A stretch of 64,000 nt of DNA, from assembly GCF_008831285.2 (NCBI RefSeq), contig NC_045138.2:21080001-21144000 (forward strand), given 5' to 3'. Under the pieces are notes generated by a model. The model saw only the letters and a list, made by a program, of their open reading frames with translations, was not told the DNA's origin and made no database searches. Shown piece by piece: positions 17,700-30,598 of the stretch (position 1 is its first letter; every line of letters starts with the position of its first letter). The stretch comes from Nymphaea colorata. Taxonomy: Eukaryota. Position numbers and translations under genes: made by a program.

Positions 17700-20517
17700 T
17701 CCTCCCCCTTTGCAATAGAAGCTAAGTTATAATTTGTTAAAATTTCCAAATGTTATATCGATTGTAGAGATCAACCTTTAAATTACTTCATGTGAGTTGG
17801 GGTATGGAGGTATTGGTCCGAACCTTATAAGTTCAGAAAATTTGGGTACAGAGGGCAGTGGTAGTTCATACATATAACTCCAGTAAATAATGTTAAAAAT
17901 AATGACAAAATAAAGCGAACGATTGATCCTTTTTTACTTTAATCAAAGTGGATTTAACACAGACCCGATCTATGCCCATGACTCAAAAAATTGCACTACC
18001 AATCCACGAGTATGCCAAACATCCCCATATACACCAGCTTGGTGCATTTGATTGGGCTAGCAGCTGGTAGGCAGACAGTCACTGGTTCAAGTTCTATAAG
18101 CGCCAGCTTCTTGCCCTTGCCATGCATGTTATATTTTATCGTATCAAGTCATTGATTCCAATCTTTCTCACCTTTTGACATATTTTGTTCATATTGATTT
18201 AAAATTCATTGTATTACATCTCTACGTTTGTAAGAAGTTGACCACATTCATTGACATTTGGAACCATTAAATGCACGCTTATAAAGCAAACGTATTTTTT
18301 TAATCTTGTTCATTTGTCCTTTTCCATTTAGTTAAGTATTGTTGTTATTGTTGTTATAGCTGCCGTTGTATGCAAGCCGTCGTTACTAACATGCATCACT
18401 ATAAAACCATTTTGGTTTGTACATATTTAAAACGGTCTCAATCAATATCATATATAACTTTACAACATGTGAGGATCCATTAAATTAAGCAATAAGCGCA
18501 TGCAAATCAAAATTCCCAAAAAAGTATCTGAATTTTATTTAATTTATTAACCGTGTCTGGAAATATATGGGATAGCTTTGATGTAGATAATATTAGGCGC
18601 TTTTCTACACGGAATGGTAGTTTTCAATCTGGTTTGAGTACTCACATGAGTCGAGCCCGCACTTGGGGGAAATAACACATTGTATATCCCAGATTTAAAA
18701 ATTAAAGAAAGTTTGAACCATTTACATACATATTAAAATACAATAAGGCACCAATCTGTAATAAACTAATTTATATACATGCATATGATAAACTGCCCAC
18801 ACTAGCTCACATATGCTTCCAACGGAAGAAGTTGGATGCATAAGAGACCAAAATTTCAGGGGCTTGCAAGTTCCAAAATTTGCTTGACCGTTGGTCATGG
18901 TAGGGCGAAATTTTTTAATAAAATATTAGTGATAAAAAAAATAATTTTTTACGGGTAATTGTTAATATTTTCTGAAAGTAACTTTTAAATGCTCAAAATA
19001 ATAATAATAATAATAATAATAAATTAGATTTGTGTCACTGGGACAAATTTTAAAATGGTTAAATAACTATTGTTTGCTCAAAGTCAATGTATCATGGAAA
19101 TGCTTCAAACCTCAAAGGTTTTATCTTTTAATATATGGCTAGTGATAAGGATTTCCCCTCTCTTGCCCTAAAAAGAAAGTAAGAAAAAGTGTCAACATCA
19201 TACCAAGTTGGCTTTTAGATATATTAAAGTAGAAATTTTCAACTAATGATGCTAAAGTTTAAGCTATTTAGTCGACTCAAATTGTAGAAATCAAGAAGTT
19301 TGAGGAACTCAAAAGCAGAAGACAATGGTTTGGTCTCAAATATTGATCCCTAGCAAGCATAATCTACAAGGATAATACATTTCTCCAAATATTTATGAAA
19401 GATAATTCCAGTTACGAATGAAGGCATGCATGGAACTACTTTGTTGAAAATTATGGGTACAAATTGCACCAAATCAAACCTTCATTCATGTTTTTTGTCC
19501 CTTCTTGTGAGAATTTAAATATTATCATGAATGAAGTGGACTTTTCTATGCTTTGTTCCTTGTTGGGGGTGTGCAAAGAGGCATGTCTCTAGTTCAATTC
19601 CTCTGGGTGCTATGTCTTTTTGTCATAGGTGGTAAAAGTATATACCATTACTATTGCTGCTACAGACATAACCCAAGACCAGAGGCCAGGAGAATGCAGG
19701 CATTTGGGCCTCTTTTTCGGAAGGTTGGTTATTAACCTTTCGCTCACTCAAAAATTAAACTATATACATCATGCATGTAAAGCCTAAACTATAAAAAAAT
19801 TGAGCAAGTGTCACTTGATTCAGCAATAATCTAACATGAATACCAACATTCTTTATCATGTATATCGTAGTCGAAGTTTTAAACAGTGGGGTTTTTCTCG
19901 GGTATAATATGGTGAACTTGAAAAAAAAAAAGAAAAAATGTAAAAAATACAATAAATTTTTAAAATTTTTAAAAAACTAAAAATGAGAGAAAGATAAAAT
20001 AAGTGAGAAACTAGTAACACAATTGTCAAAAGATAAGCAACTTTGCAACAAATAAAAAATTGAAAATGAAAAAGAAACTATTTGGCATTAAAAAATGAAA
20101 AACGTGAAAAAATGAGAAAAAACACGTTTTTTACTTTTAACATTTAAAAAAACACTTTTTTTAAGTTTTAATAGATAATTTAATTTATCACGTTTTTTCA
20201 TGTTTTTTGTGACTATACTGTATATTAAATATAGACATGATCCTGCACACTTACTCACCACATCAAGCGAACTGAATCTGTGATTCTCCACACATGCCAC
20301 TTGCAGTATGTGGCTTGCAAGGCATCTCTATGATTGCAGATATTTTCTTGACAGCACTTAAAACAAAAAACAACTTGCAGGATGACAGTTGACTGCCTGC
20401 CATAAATTTATCTGGGGAGATCTGGGAGAGAAGAAGAAGAAGAAGAAGAAGAAGAAGAAGAAGATTAAGTTCCTGTTTGGGAAGGTTGGAGAAGAGACCA
20501 GCTAACCAAGCACTAAT

Positions 20518-20705
20518 CAGTGGCGGAGATACATGCGAGTTGGCGTAGGCCACCAGCTACACCAGCCCATCAAAAATTTCATTTTAAAAATTCAGAATTA
20601 TATTGTAATGGTTTAAAAATTACGCGAAGCGCTCACACCGCATGTCCACAGCTGGGTTGGTGACTCGAGTGCCCCTCAACCAAAAAAATCTTGGCTTTGC
20701 CACTG
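20518..20705. mobile_element. hAT-type MITE (CAGTGGCGGA family)
   Basis: Termini CAGTGGCGGAG ... CTTTGCCACTG. 8-bp TSD GCACTAAT / GTACTAAT (7/8). Confidence 0.75.
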
Positions 20706-23700
20706 GTACTAATTAACTCGAGTTGTTAAACTTGTCACCAAACACTACCAGTATAAGGGAGAAGGTTTTGATGCAATCACATCTTTTTGTCTTTCCATGG
20801 GAGTGGATATCTGTTATTTTATAATTTTATAAGGAATAAAAAAAAGGAAGAGAGTTATTGTAAAAGAGCCATGGCTCTTGGTGGAAACAATATATATATA
20901 TATATATATATCTTATATTAATGTTGTGTTCTTAGACCACATGTTCCTGTACCACGCATTAAGGACATAATGTACCACTTGTAATAAATATTGGGTGATT
21001 ATGTCAAGCGTTTAGTTTCTGAATCTAAGAACAATATCTATAATCACACCACATTTTCCAAAACAAAAATATGGGGTTTTAAGAACTTAATGTCGCATTT
21101 GATTCCGATGGATCTAAAGTCCTCGGTGATCTATGGTCTTGAGGTCCAAAATTGGATATCAAATCCACTTTTTTTTCATGTAGAGTGGATTTGAGATCCA
21201 CGTTGGTGGTGGATGCTGAAATCCGGAGTTTGCATGGATTTCAGATCTCTTTGGATCTGAGATCTAGTGGGTAATCGGACGCAGCCTATGTGTTTTAGGG
21301 GTATGTATTCCAAGAACACAATGTTCTTCTTCTTATCAAACACTCTCGTGGACGGTCAAGCAAAATGCAACTTTCATCCTGAAATTTTTGAAGCTAGAAT
21401 AACACTAGAAGGTCGGTCAAGCAATTAATTTGTTGGAAGCCCCATGGAAGTTGTGATAAACATGGTAATTGACAAAGTTGTTTTTTCTTGAATTAGAAAA
21501 TAAAAAATTAATAAAAAATTGGTGAAAATAAAATAAATCAGAAAATAATAAGAAAACAGGAAAAAAAGCGATAAAAAGAATGTTTTAATAGTGGCAAAAT
21601 GATGAAAAATAATTTATAAGTTTAAGTTCAAACTTGAATAAATGACAATATTAACATTTTAAAAAAATAAAAAAAAACTAGAAAATAAGAAGAAAAAGCA
21701 CAATAAAGATATTTGGGCTTTTTTCAAAATATCACACTTTTTTATTTTTCTTGTTTTCTTATTAGTATCACAATATCTGTGATAGTAATGCCAACAAGTG
21801 CCATTCCAATTATAAATTGAAACTCCTGCAGAAACTGAGGCAAAAAAGCATGATCCCATCAATTTTGGCTTAAGATTGAAGAACTTCTTAGTCCGGCATA
21901 GAGCGGTCCAACTATTTTTTTCTTCTAAATTTTGTACACTACAGTCAAACAACATCCAAATATTTTTTTTTTCAACTCTCTAAACCCCCCTTTTAATAAC
22001 TTCATATTCAAAGAAATAAATAATAATAATTCTTTTTCCAAATCTTACTGGGGAGTCTACAAAAAGTTTTTTACAAACTTTAAAAAGGAGGAAAAGGAAC
22101 TCCTAACTTCTTTTTTAACCCACTTGGCATGATATTTTAGCATTATCTATAAACAGAAACCCGCTTAACCCATATATCTTAGCCCTTAATCTCATAATTC
22201 CACTAATCACTATTTCATATCCTCCTTGAATTTTGTCAAAAATAAGGCGAAAAATGTTATTTTTTTGAATTTTTTTATTTTATTTTTTAAGTACCCTCCT
22301 TCACATTTCCAAAAGAAAACTTAAAATTAAAGAAATAAGATGGTGGATTCAAAAGCTCCAATCCATGTATATAATTAGGGAACTGAGAACAGGGCGCGTG
22401 ACTTCTCAAATTATATGCAAAAGGTTTATAGCCCACAAAGGTAGGGCATCTACTTCTCAATTCCTCATAACTTGATAAGAGCTAGATATCCTAAAGCTGC
22501 TAAAATCCCTCTTCCTTTCCTTTTATTAGGTTCAGGGCTCCTTTAAGACTTAAGTGGATAGTAATGCACCTGTCAACTAAAATGTCGTGCACCAATTGTT
22601 TGCATTTCAGAAAAATAATACCCACAAAAATCGAATTAATGGCTCAACTTTAACTGCTGTGACAATCCAACCAGCCCGCAGCTCGAAGTTACCAATGTGA
22701 TAAGGGTTGGCCAAGCATTTTCACAAACACACTAATTTTTGTCTTCGAGAAGAAGCAAAGCGAAGAAGGGATCAGTTCTTTCAGATAATCAAGCATGACC
22801 TTGACTAGGAACACCAATTTATATACACATACATACACACACACACACACACTGGCATTCTCGCTCTCAAACACGCTTGTCACAAACAGATGAAGATATA
22901 TATATATATATATATAAAAGTTCCCACTTTTCTTCCATCTGATCACAATAGTGAATCAAGTATGGAGCTTGGACGCAGAAGTAGGTCCGGTTTTCCAAGA
23001 CTTGGGTTCAGTTGGGGTGGTAATTAACAAACTGATCAGCGAATTCATTGTGCTTGTATTGGGCTCGGCTCCAATAGATCCAGCCGATCCAGCTTGATTT
23101 GAGCCAGCTAGTGGGAGATTGTAATTTATAATGAGCTCCAGGATTCCTTGTGTTACATATTTTGTTCCCTCTCTTTTTTTTAAAGGAAGGGTCAAGCATC
23201 TTTAAAATACAATATGAACCACTTCTCATAGGGACTATTTTTAGCTATTTTTCAAATATGTTTTATTTCGGGTGAAAAGGAGATTAATCCCACCGCTCGA
23301 CCTTTCACAACACCGCGGGTTAATGTCATGAGAGATCGAAACAGAACCGGGTTGATGTCATGAGAGATCGAAACGAAGACTGGCCACCTACCAACCCCTG
23401 CCGTGGCCGTTGCACAATTCTCCTTTTCTCAAAAATTACATCAATGTGTTTTTTCCAATAAAAATAGTTGCAAAAATATGGTACCCATATTAAAAAAAAA
23501 TGCTTTTACCGTCTCCTTCTTGTTTTGGCTGATATTGTAGCCTCTTTGTCGAATGATAAGTTTTGATGAAACGAGCAAAGGCCTAATTAGACCTGGGCAT
23601 CGGGCTGGCCTGATGTCCGAAACCCGAGTTCCTGTCCAATGCTCGAAACTCGAGCTCGGGCTTGGGCTTGATGCCTAAACCTGAGCTTGGGCCCGACCTG

Positions 23701-25411
23701 GTTACAATAAAAAATATTTTTAAAATATCAAATAAAATTTTTAAATATAAAATACATAATATATATTATTAATAAAATAAAAATAATCTTTAAATTTATG
23801 GGGCCCAGTCGGCCCTAACTCTAGGATTAATGCTACTTTGATCAATTCAATTGCTATATAGTTGTAGTGTATTAGATCAGCTGCTTGCTGTGTTGTGATG
23901 TAAATGGTTCATATTGGTGTGTTATCACCACAAATTGTTTAAGCTTAAATGTGATTGCAGTAATTTCAATTATTTTTACAGTAATTCAATTATGATTTCA
24001 GTCCGACCTTATTTAGCACCGCGCGTGCGCATGCAAACCTCAATTTTGCTTTTAGTCCAAACTTTGTGTCGAAATTTTTTTAAAAATATTTTTTTAAATC
24101 CATAACACTCATCTAACCCTTGATCTGAGCCTTAGGCATCAATTGGAACACGTTCTCGACCAAGTGAACCCAATCCAGGTCTACAACGTGTCCAAAACCT
24201 TTCAAATTAAAACTGAAGCCATTTAACAAAAGGAAAACATTTTACCCTTTAAAAAATATGCATTTAAAAAAATAAAAATTAAATTCTTTTAAGTGGACCC
24301 AAGGGGGCCAAGGCGCCCGAAACCCCCTTCATGGCCCAAAAATGAGCCAATAGAGGGGAGATGTGCCCTCGCCATGCATCTGGCTGAGCAGTGCATGGCT
24401 CTCTGGCCTAGGGGCGCGGACGCCCTAGTGCTATCGTAATATGTGTTGCTTCACATGATCGAGAAAACACTTGGAATTCACATGAAAATCTTATTACATT
24501 AAAAAAAATAATAATTTTTGAGTTTTGACTCCAAAATTTCATATACATACCCTTAAAATATTCTCTCATGGGTATAAGCTAACCCTTGGAAAACTTCTAG
24601 AGTTCTTTTATTTGAGATTTTGTAAGTTCTTCTCTTACTTCTCCCGAATTCTCTTCTTCTTCGAGAGCAAGTTTTTTTTTTCAACTTATTCGAAGCAGAT
24701 TGAAACCTTTTGGAGAGATATCCTCATCACTTTGGGCGCTCACTTGGAGCACATTGGAATCATTTTCTAACTGGTTTATTTAGAAGTATGTAGTCAAATA
24801 CCTCAATCATCTTTTATTTTCTTTCTCCCTTCTTCATCTCTCCATGGCAATATAAGGTAGTTCTAGAATCTCCTCTATGGAATCAAGAGCTGTTCTTAAG
24901 TGCACCAGAAGCATGATCAAAGTGAAATAAAACTTCTTTTTTCTTTCTAAGATTGATATGCATTCATTTCTTTGCTTATTAAATGTGTGCATTATTTATC
25001 CTTGAAATAATGTCTATGCATAGTTGATTGATTTAACAATTAATATGTGCATAATCAGTAACAACAAATGTTTAAGTTGGGATTTCTTTGTTATTATGTT
25101 GATTTTAAAGGTTTTATCCAACCCGGAAAAACCCTTAGGAATGCATACATGTTAAAATGCATCTTCATGATATTCTTACATTTAACATTTCTCTTAATCA
25201 CCTGATTAAAGATCCCAGTATAGTTTTGTTACATTATTAACTTTTTATTTTATGTATGTTTGTTTTTCTCCCATAGTGGGAGAAATAAGTTCTTTTGATA
25301 GATGAAATAATTATTTTTTTTCTAAAGTCCAAATGCTTCAAATTATCTATTGATTTTAACTTTTTACACACACATATGTGCATGAACCCTCTCTCTCACT
25401 CACTCTTTTGA

Positions 25412-26266
25412 TAAGGCTGGGCGTCGGGCCGGGCCGGGCCGGGTTTGGGCCGGGAAAATCTCGGCCCGGGCCCAACAGGCCGGCCCAGCAGCAGGCCCGA
25501 TCGGCCTGACTACCTCCCCGCTTCCCCCCTTCCCGTCTCCCTCCCCCTTCCCCTTCCCCTTCCCGTCTCCCTCCCCCGTCCCCTTCCCCCCTTCTGGTCT
25601 CCCTCCCCCTTCCCGTTCCCTCCTTCCCGTCTACCTCCTTCCCGTCTCCCTCCCGCCAGTACGTACTCCATGAGCGCCGCCGCCTCTATCTGACCAGGGT
25701 GGTGCTTCAGCCGGTGCGTCAGCGGGTCGGCGAACTCCGGCTTCCCCTGATCACCTCGCAGAACATGGCGGACAGCAGCTCCGCCAGCACCGCTACCACG
25801 TTCGCGTCGTAGCACACCAGGCACGCCATCGCCGCCCCTATGGACGTGCCACTGACGATGGCCAACCCTTCCTTGGGCTGCAGCTCGAACCTCTCCTCCA
25901 CTGGGTCACCGGATGCCGTGACAATCGCGACGAAGCCGGGCTGGGAGATGGGAGGGGGAGGCCGGAGGGAAGGGGAAGTCCGGCGGTGGCTCCTGCGCCC
26001 CATCTCCCTCTTTCTCCTCCTCTCCGCTCCCTGCTGAAGTCCGGCGGTGGCTCCTATGCTCCGAGAGGGGGAGTCAGGCCATCGGGCATTGGCACGCCAA
26101 ACGAGCCGAGCTGGGCCTCATTTTGGGTGGACCGGCTCGGCTCGACCCGGCTCGGCCCGGCAATATTACGGGCCGGGCTCGGGCCCGGGCTTCAGGCCTG
26201 ACGGGCCGACCCGAGCCGAGGAAAACCTGGCCGGGCCGGGCCGGCCCGGCCTGATACCCACCCCTA
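25412..26266. mobile_element. Non-autonomous hAT-type element (Pack-hAT), 855 bp, carrying a captured PAL fragment
   Basis: Perfect 8-bp TSD TCTTTTGA at 25404-25411 and 26267-26274. Imperfect Ac-like TIRs (TAAGGCTGGG / reverse complement TAGGGGTGGG). Dense subterminal GGGCC/GGCCC repeats at both ends. GC-rich island in AT-rich DNA. Confidence 0.85.
25651..25889 (-). pseudogene. PAL: Phenylalanine ammonia-lyase (PAL) coding fragment, ~80 codons, frameshifted
   Basis: Reads [46 protein letters not shown], then after a 1-nt deletion at ~25749/25750 [33 protein letters not shown]. This matches the conserved PAL core. It has no start and no flanking PAL exons. Confidence 0.9.
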
Positions 26267-26307
26267 TCTTTTGATTTACATATCTTCTGTTATAAGTTTT
26301 CGCATAT

Positions 26308-26381
<74 letters not shown>

Positions 26382-28099
26382 TTTTGTTAAAATATTGTTT
26401 TCTTTTTAACATCACTTTTTTTCTCTTGGTTTAAAATCATTTTTACTCTTCGTTTTTCTTTTATTTATCCAAATATTTCCTTTCTAAGACCTCAAATTTT
26501 AATTTTAATTTTTCAACTTTATTAAGACAAAAAATAAAATAGTGACCCAATGTTAGAATCATGTTGTTGGTTTACAATTTCATTCTAATTTCAAAACTTT
26601 TTTTTTAATTACACGAATATTTAAATAAAATGATAAAAAATATGTAAATAAGTGTAAAAAATTTAAGTGTATATGTAATATGATAATAGGAATACTCTTA
26701 GAGGTATGTTACGATAGAAATGAACGATTTCTTTCAATCATATATAATCAATGCATACACATTCACTTCACAAATCATCAAAAGCACTTCTTTAAGTGAA
26801 TTTAAGATAGAGCTCTAGATATAAAAAACAATCTTTATAAATATCATTTGAAATTTTTTGAAAATTAGTGTGAGTATTTTTGAAGATTTTTTTTACAATT
26901 AATTTAGTGTTTCCTTAGTTCAAGATCCTAAGGAAACACTAAATTGATTCTAAAAAAAATCTTTAAAAATATTCAGACTAATTTTTAAAAATTTTTAAAT
27001 GATATTCATAAAGATTTCTTGATTTGACAGCCTCTCAAAATGGCTTGACTACTCATCTTGAAAATATTAAGGATAGAGGTTGTTCCGTATCCGTCTAAAA
27101 CTAAGTATCTAATCTCTAATAAAGATAGTGGCACTACCCCTAGCTTTACTTCAAGTATATCATATCTACTAGTTTTATTGCCTTTCATTAACCATGATTG
27201 TTAGGTCCATTTAAGTATTAATAATTATCAAATAAGTACATATTCATTTTTTTAAACGGCAATTTAAATTTAGTGCTCTCTAACTTTAACTAAAATACCA
27301 AGTAAATTGTCTTTTTGTCTATGTAAAAGTGTTGAACACTTTGAATTTCTTAAGAAAATACCTTATGAGGAATAAAACAACCACATGACAAGACTCTCAC
27401 CTAGGGATTTGGCCCCAATTAGATTTTATATAATTCAAAAAGTTACATGTAAAATTTATAAATTTAGTTTAATTTATATAAAAATTTTTAAAAATTATAT
27501 TTCGGCCCCTAGGAAGAAAAGTTCGTGGCTCCGCTCGCCTGGAGTTCATGTTGAAGTAGTTGTGTATAATTTTGAGCTGGAAGAACTGCTATCATGTTAT
27601 TTTTATCGCAATCCAATGAGCTGTTACTCTCATATCAAAGATTGTGAGAGATTTTTAAGAGCTTACTAGAAAGATTTGGGCAACAGCCAGAAAGTGGATT
27701 GAGATTGAACAAAGCGTAATGCACAATTTTATTTTATTTTACTAATATTTAATTTCTTCAAGCATAAAGGGGACTTTATAATTTAAGACGCTCTTAAGCA
27801 TTGACTTTTGAGCCTAAAAATACCAACTAAAAAAGATTTTTAGATTTACTATTTGGTTCTTAATTGTAGAACTCAGGTTGGATGCAGCTATTTAGCCAAA
27901 TGACGCTATTACGCATGAGGTAAGAGCATGTACTGCGAGTATATACCATTTTTTAACGGAGATTTTTATTGAGGGCTTAACTTTTTGTCTACACTTCAGA
28001 AAAAGTCCTCAAGTTTCTGATTTTCTTGACAGTCCTTTATGTTTCACTGATAATTATTAAATAAGTGCTCGCTTTTAGGGCCGCATAAGAGCTGTTTTT

Positions 28100-28466
28100 C
28101 ACAGAAAACTCGAGATAAACTTTGACTTGAACTCGAGTTGAGCTCCATACAATAAGCTCGTGCTCGACTCAATGGTATAATGTCGAGGTTGAACTCGATT
28201 CGTTTAACTCATTTAACTCGTTTTTTCTTAAGCATGTCGTGTTTCTTTAACTCGTTTCCAGTTTGACTATTTTCTCTTTATAATTCAACATCTATTGTGT
28301 AGTGTAGAGAAATCGAGTTTAAGTGAGTCGAGTTCTTATAACTCGAACTTGACCCGTTTAACATTTCAAGCATACATTGGAACTCGATCTTGAACGAGTA
28401 GAGCTCAAGTAGAATTTAGAAGGGTGAATTCGAGCTCGAGCTGACTCGACTTGCTGTGCAACCTTA
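28100..28466. mobile_element. hAT-like MITE remnant with CTCGAG/ACTCGA subterminal repeats
   Basis: Dense ACTCGA/GAGCTC motifs ending in TGCAACCTTA. A related remnant lies at ~51650-51900. Confidence 0.5.
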
Positions 28467-28511
28467 CTCACTTTGATCATTTTGGTTAAAAAATGTGCAG
28501 TGAGAGAGCTA

Positions 28512-28513
<2 letters not shown>

Positions 28514-28595
<82 letters not shown>
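28514..28595. repeat. (TA)n microsatellite
   Basis: Pure TA run of ~40 units. Confidence 0.95.
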
Positions 28596-28603
<8 letters not shown>

Positions 28604-30423
28604 ATGTTAATTTCTCAAAAAATTTAAGAGCAATTCTGTTATTTTAGATATTAAAAAGAATTCAAAAGTCAATATAAATTTAAAGATTCAAAAATCGATG
28701 AGGGGGTGCACCTAGACACCAAGTCCTCAAATAATGCTATCTTTTTCCTTGACCAGAGGTTGAGTAAGCAAGTGCTTTTCTTCCCCATCCCCATGAAAAC
28801 ATATCAACAAGTGGGTTCCATCAGCACATTATTTTGTTGTTATTGGATAGGAGGATGCTGGGATACTCTGTCCTCAGGGCGTGTTCCTTAGACTAAGGAT
28901 CTCAAATCCTTCGGGATCTTAAATCCATAGATTTTATGTCCCACCTCTCCCATTCGATCCCAAATCAGAGGTTTTTAAAGGGAAATATAAATTTAAGATC
29001 CATGTTTTTCAATCATATGGAGATTCGCTGTTCGTTTAAACAGTGGATGAATCACAGGGGATCTCGGATCCATGGGCAAGCAAACACCAACAAGAGTAGT
29101 GTTAGTGTTTGCATCTTCTGCTACTGTTGCAGCTAGGATTGTTCATGCAGGTGGTGAGAGAAGACAAGTGGTTAAGACATGGTTCCTGTGATTTTGGCTG
29201 TCATTTCCATTTAGGAGAAGAAAAATAGAAGTTTTTTCTAATCTATTCCTGAATTATAGGCAATTGATGAATTAAGGCCTGCCTTACTGCTATTGACAAA
29301 TCGAGTCTTCCCTTTCTTATATTTTTAGAATTAACTAATATCAACTAAAGCTAGTTTTTTTTAAAAAAATAAAAGTATGGCAACATATAACTATATATAT
29401 AAAAGCCTGAGCTCAATTTTTACATACGGCTCGTTTTCTAAACAGAAAAACTTACTGAATATTTCTAGGTAAAATTTAGTACCATAGTTTTATCATAATA
29501 TCGAAGTCCATGGGTGGCATATGTGTCTTGGTGAATATACATAAAACATAGCTGTGTATACATATATTTAAAATACCAAATTTGGAAAACAAAAAAAAAT
29601 ATTGAGATCTTATTCATGAAAGAAATAAAAAATCAGAAGTTTTAAGTTTTCTTGAGTTATAAATTCTGTTTTATAGACTAAATAGTTGGACAATATTTAT
29701 ATAATAAAGCTTTTGAAAATATCGTCAAAACACCGGGCATCCCAAACTTAAATTAAAAATTATCTTAAAACTGTAAAAACGAACATGGAAAAAGAAGTTC
29801 AAAGTGTCAATTGCTTATAAATCGGGGACGGATAAAAAAATAACGCTGTTTTCTTGGGGCCTCCCTGGTTTTTTATCGCCGGGAAAAACTGACGTATCTG
29901 TGAACGTTATTTTTATGTTAAAGAATTGGGGGATGACGTTGGCGCGTGCGTAAGCGAAGCTCCCCCTTGCAGGAATCGTTGACCTTCCGATCCCTTCATT
30001 TGGCCGCTGCGAGTTAGAAAGGGACGGAGGAAACCGGTCCGAGTCGCGCGCGACCGAACCCACTGTGCGGGGTTGGCTCAGGCACGAGGCCGAGCCCCAG
30101 TCCGAGACAGCACTGGGAGGTCTCGCCCCCACCCGACTCATTCCTAGGGCACGATCGCAGCGGTACGTTTCCCGATCGGACGGCCGATTCGGCGGGCTCA
30201 TCAAGGAGTATATGAGGGCCGGGCTCAGGCAACCGTTTGGTTGGCATTCTACAGCCATCTCCGCCGCGCGTCGCCATTCGCCGGCGTCGGATTCCTCCAC
30301 CCAGAAGCCCTTTCACCCTCCAGTCTCCGGGACCGAAGAGGGCCTCGACACTCGACGCCACCTACTCTTCTTTTATCCTCTTTGCCATTCTCGCTCTCCC
30401 TTTCTTTAGGGTTCTGAAGTTTC

Positions 30424-30519
30424 ATGGAGACGGCCAACGCCTCCTTCCGTGAATTTCGCTGCCGGTGTTGCCGTTTCCTCCGCTGCTATTGTTGCTGCTA
30501 CTGCTGTCCGTCTGATTGA
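30424..30519 (+). CDS. Cysteine-rich upstream ORF (31 aa, 9 Cys) in the SHM7-like 5' leader
   Basis: ATG at 30424 (ttcATGG) to TGA at 30517-30519 gives METANASFREFRCRCCRFLRCYCCCYCCPSD, ending 105 nt before the main ATG. The ORF is directly visible; its translation is inferred. Confidence 0.6.
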   Translation: METANASFREFRCRCCRFLRCYCCCYCCPSD

Positions 30520-30598
30520 AGCCTCGGAGGCGCGGGAAAGAAAGGAAGGAGGAGAGGGGTCGAGGGGAGTAGTAAGAACTTCATCTTTGGTGTTTGTT

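Noticed and set aside
18040..18110. tRNA-like box B (GGTTCAAGTTC), with similar motifs near 9850 and 23330
   Set aside because: No cloverleaf or anticodon arm. At most these are decayed SINE heads, too weak to call.
23588..25400. Truncated GGGCC-type MITE and possible LTR fragment into which the Pack-hAT inserted
   Set aside because: Repeat-like composition, but no matching TIR/TSD or TG...CA boundaries could be established.
30212..30409. Longer upstream ATG ORF (65 aa, MRAGLRQPFGW...) ahead of the Cys-rich uORF
   Set aside because: The ATG sits within a TATA-like GTATATGA and so is probably upstream of the TSS. No distinctive composition. Revisit if the TSS maps further upstream.
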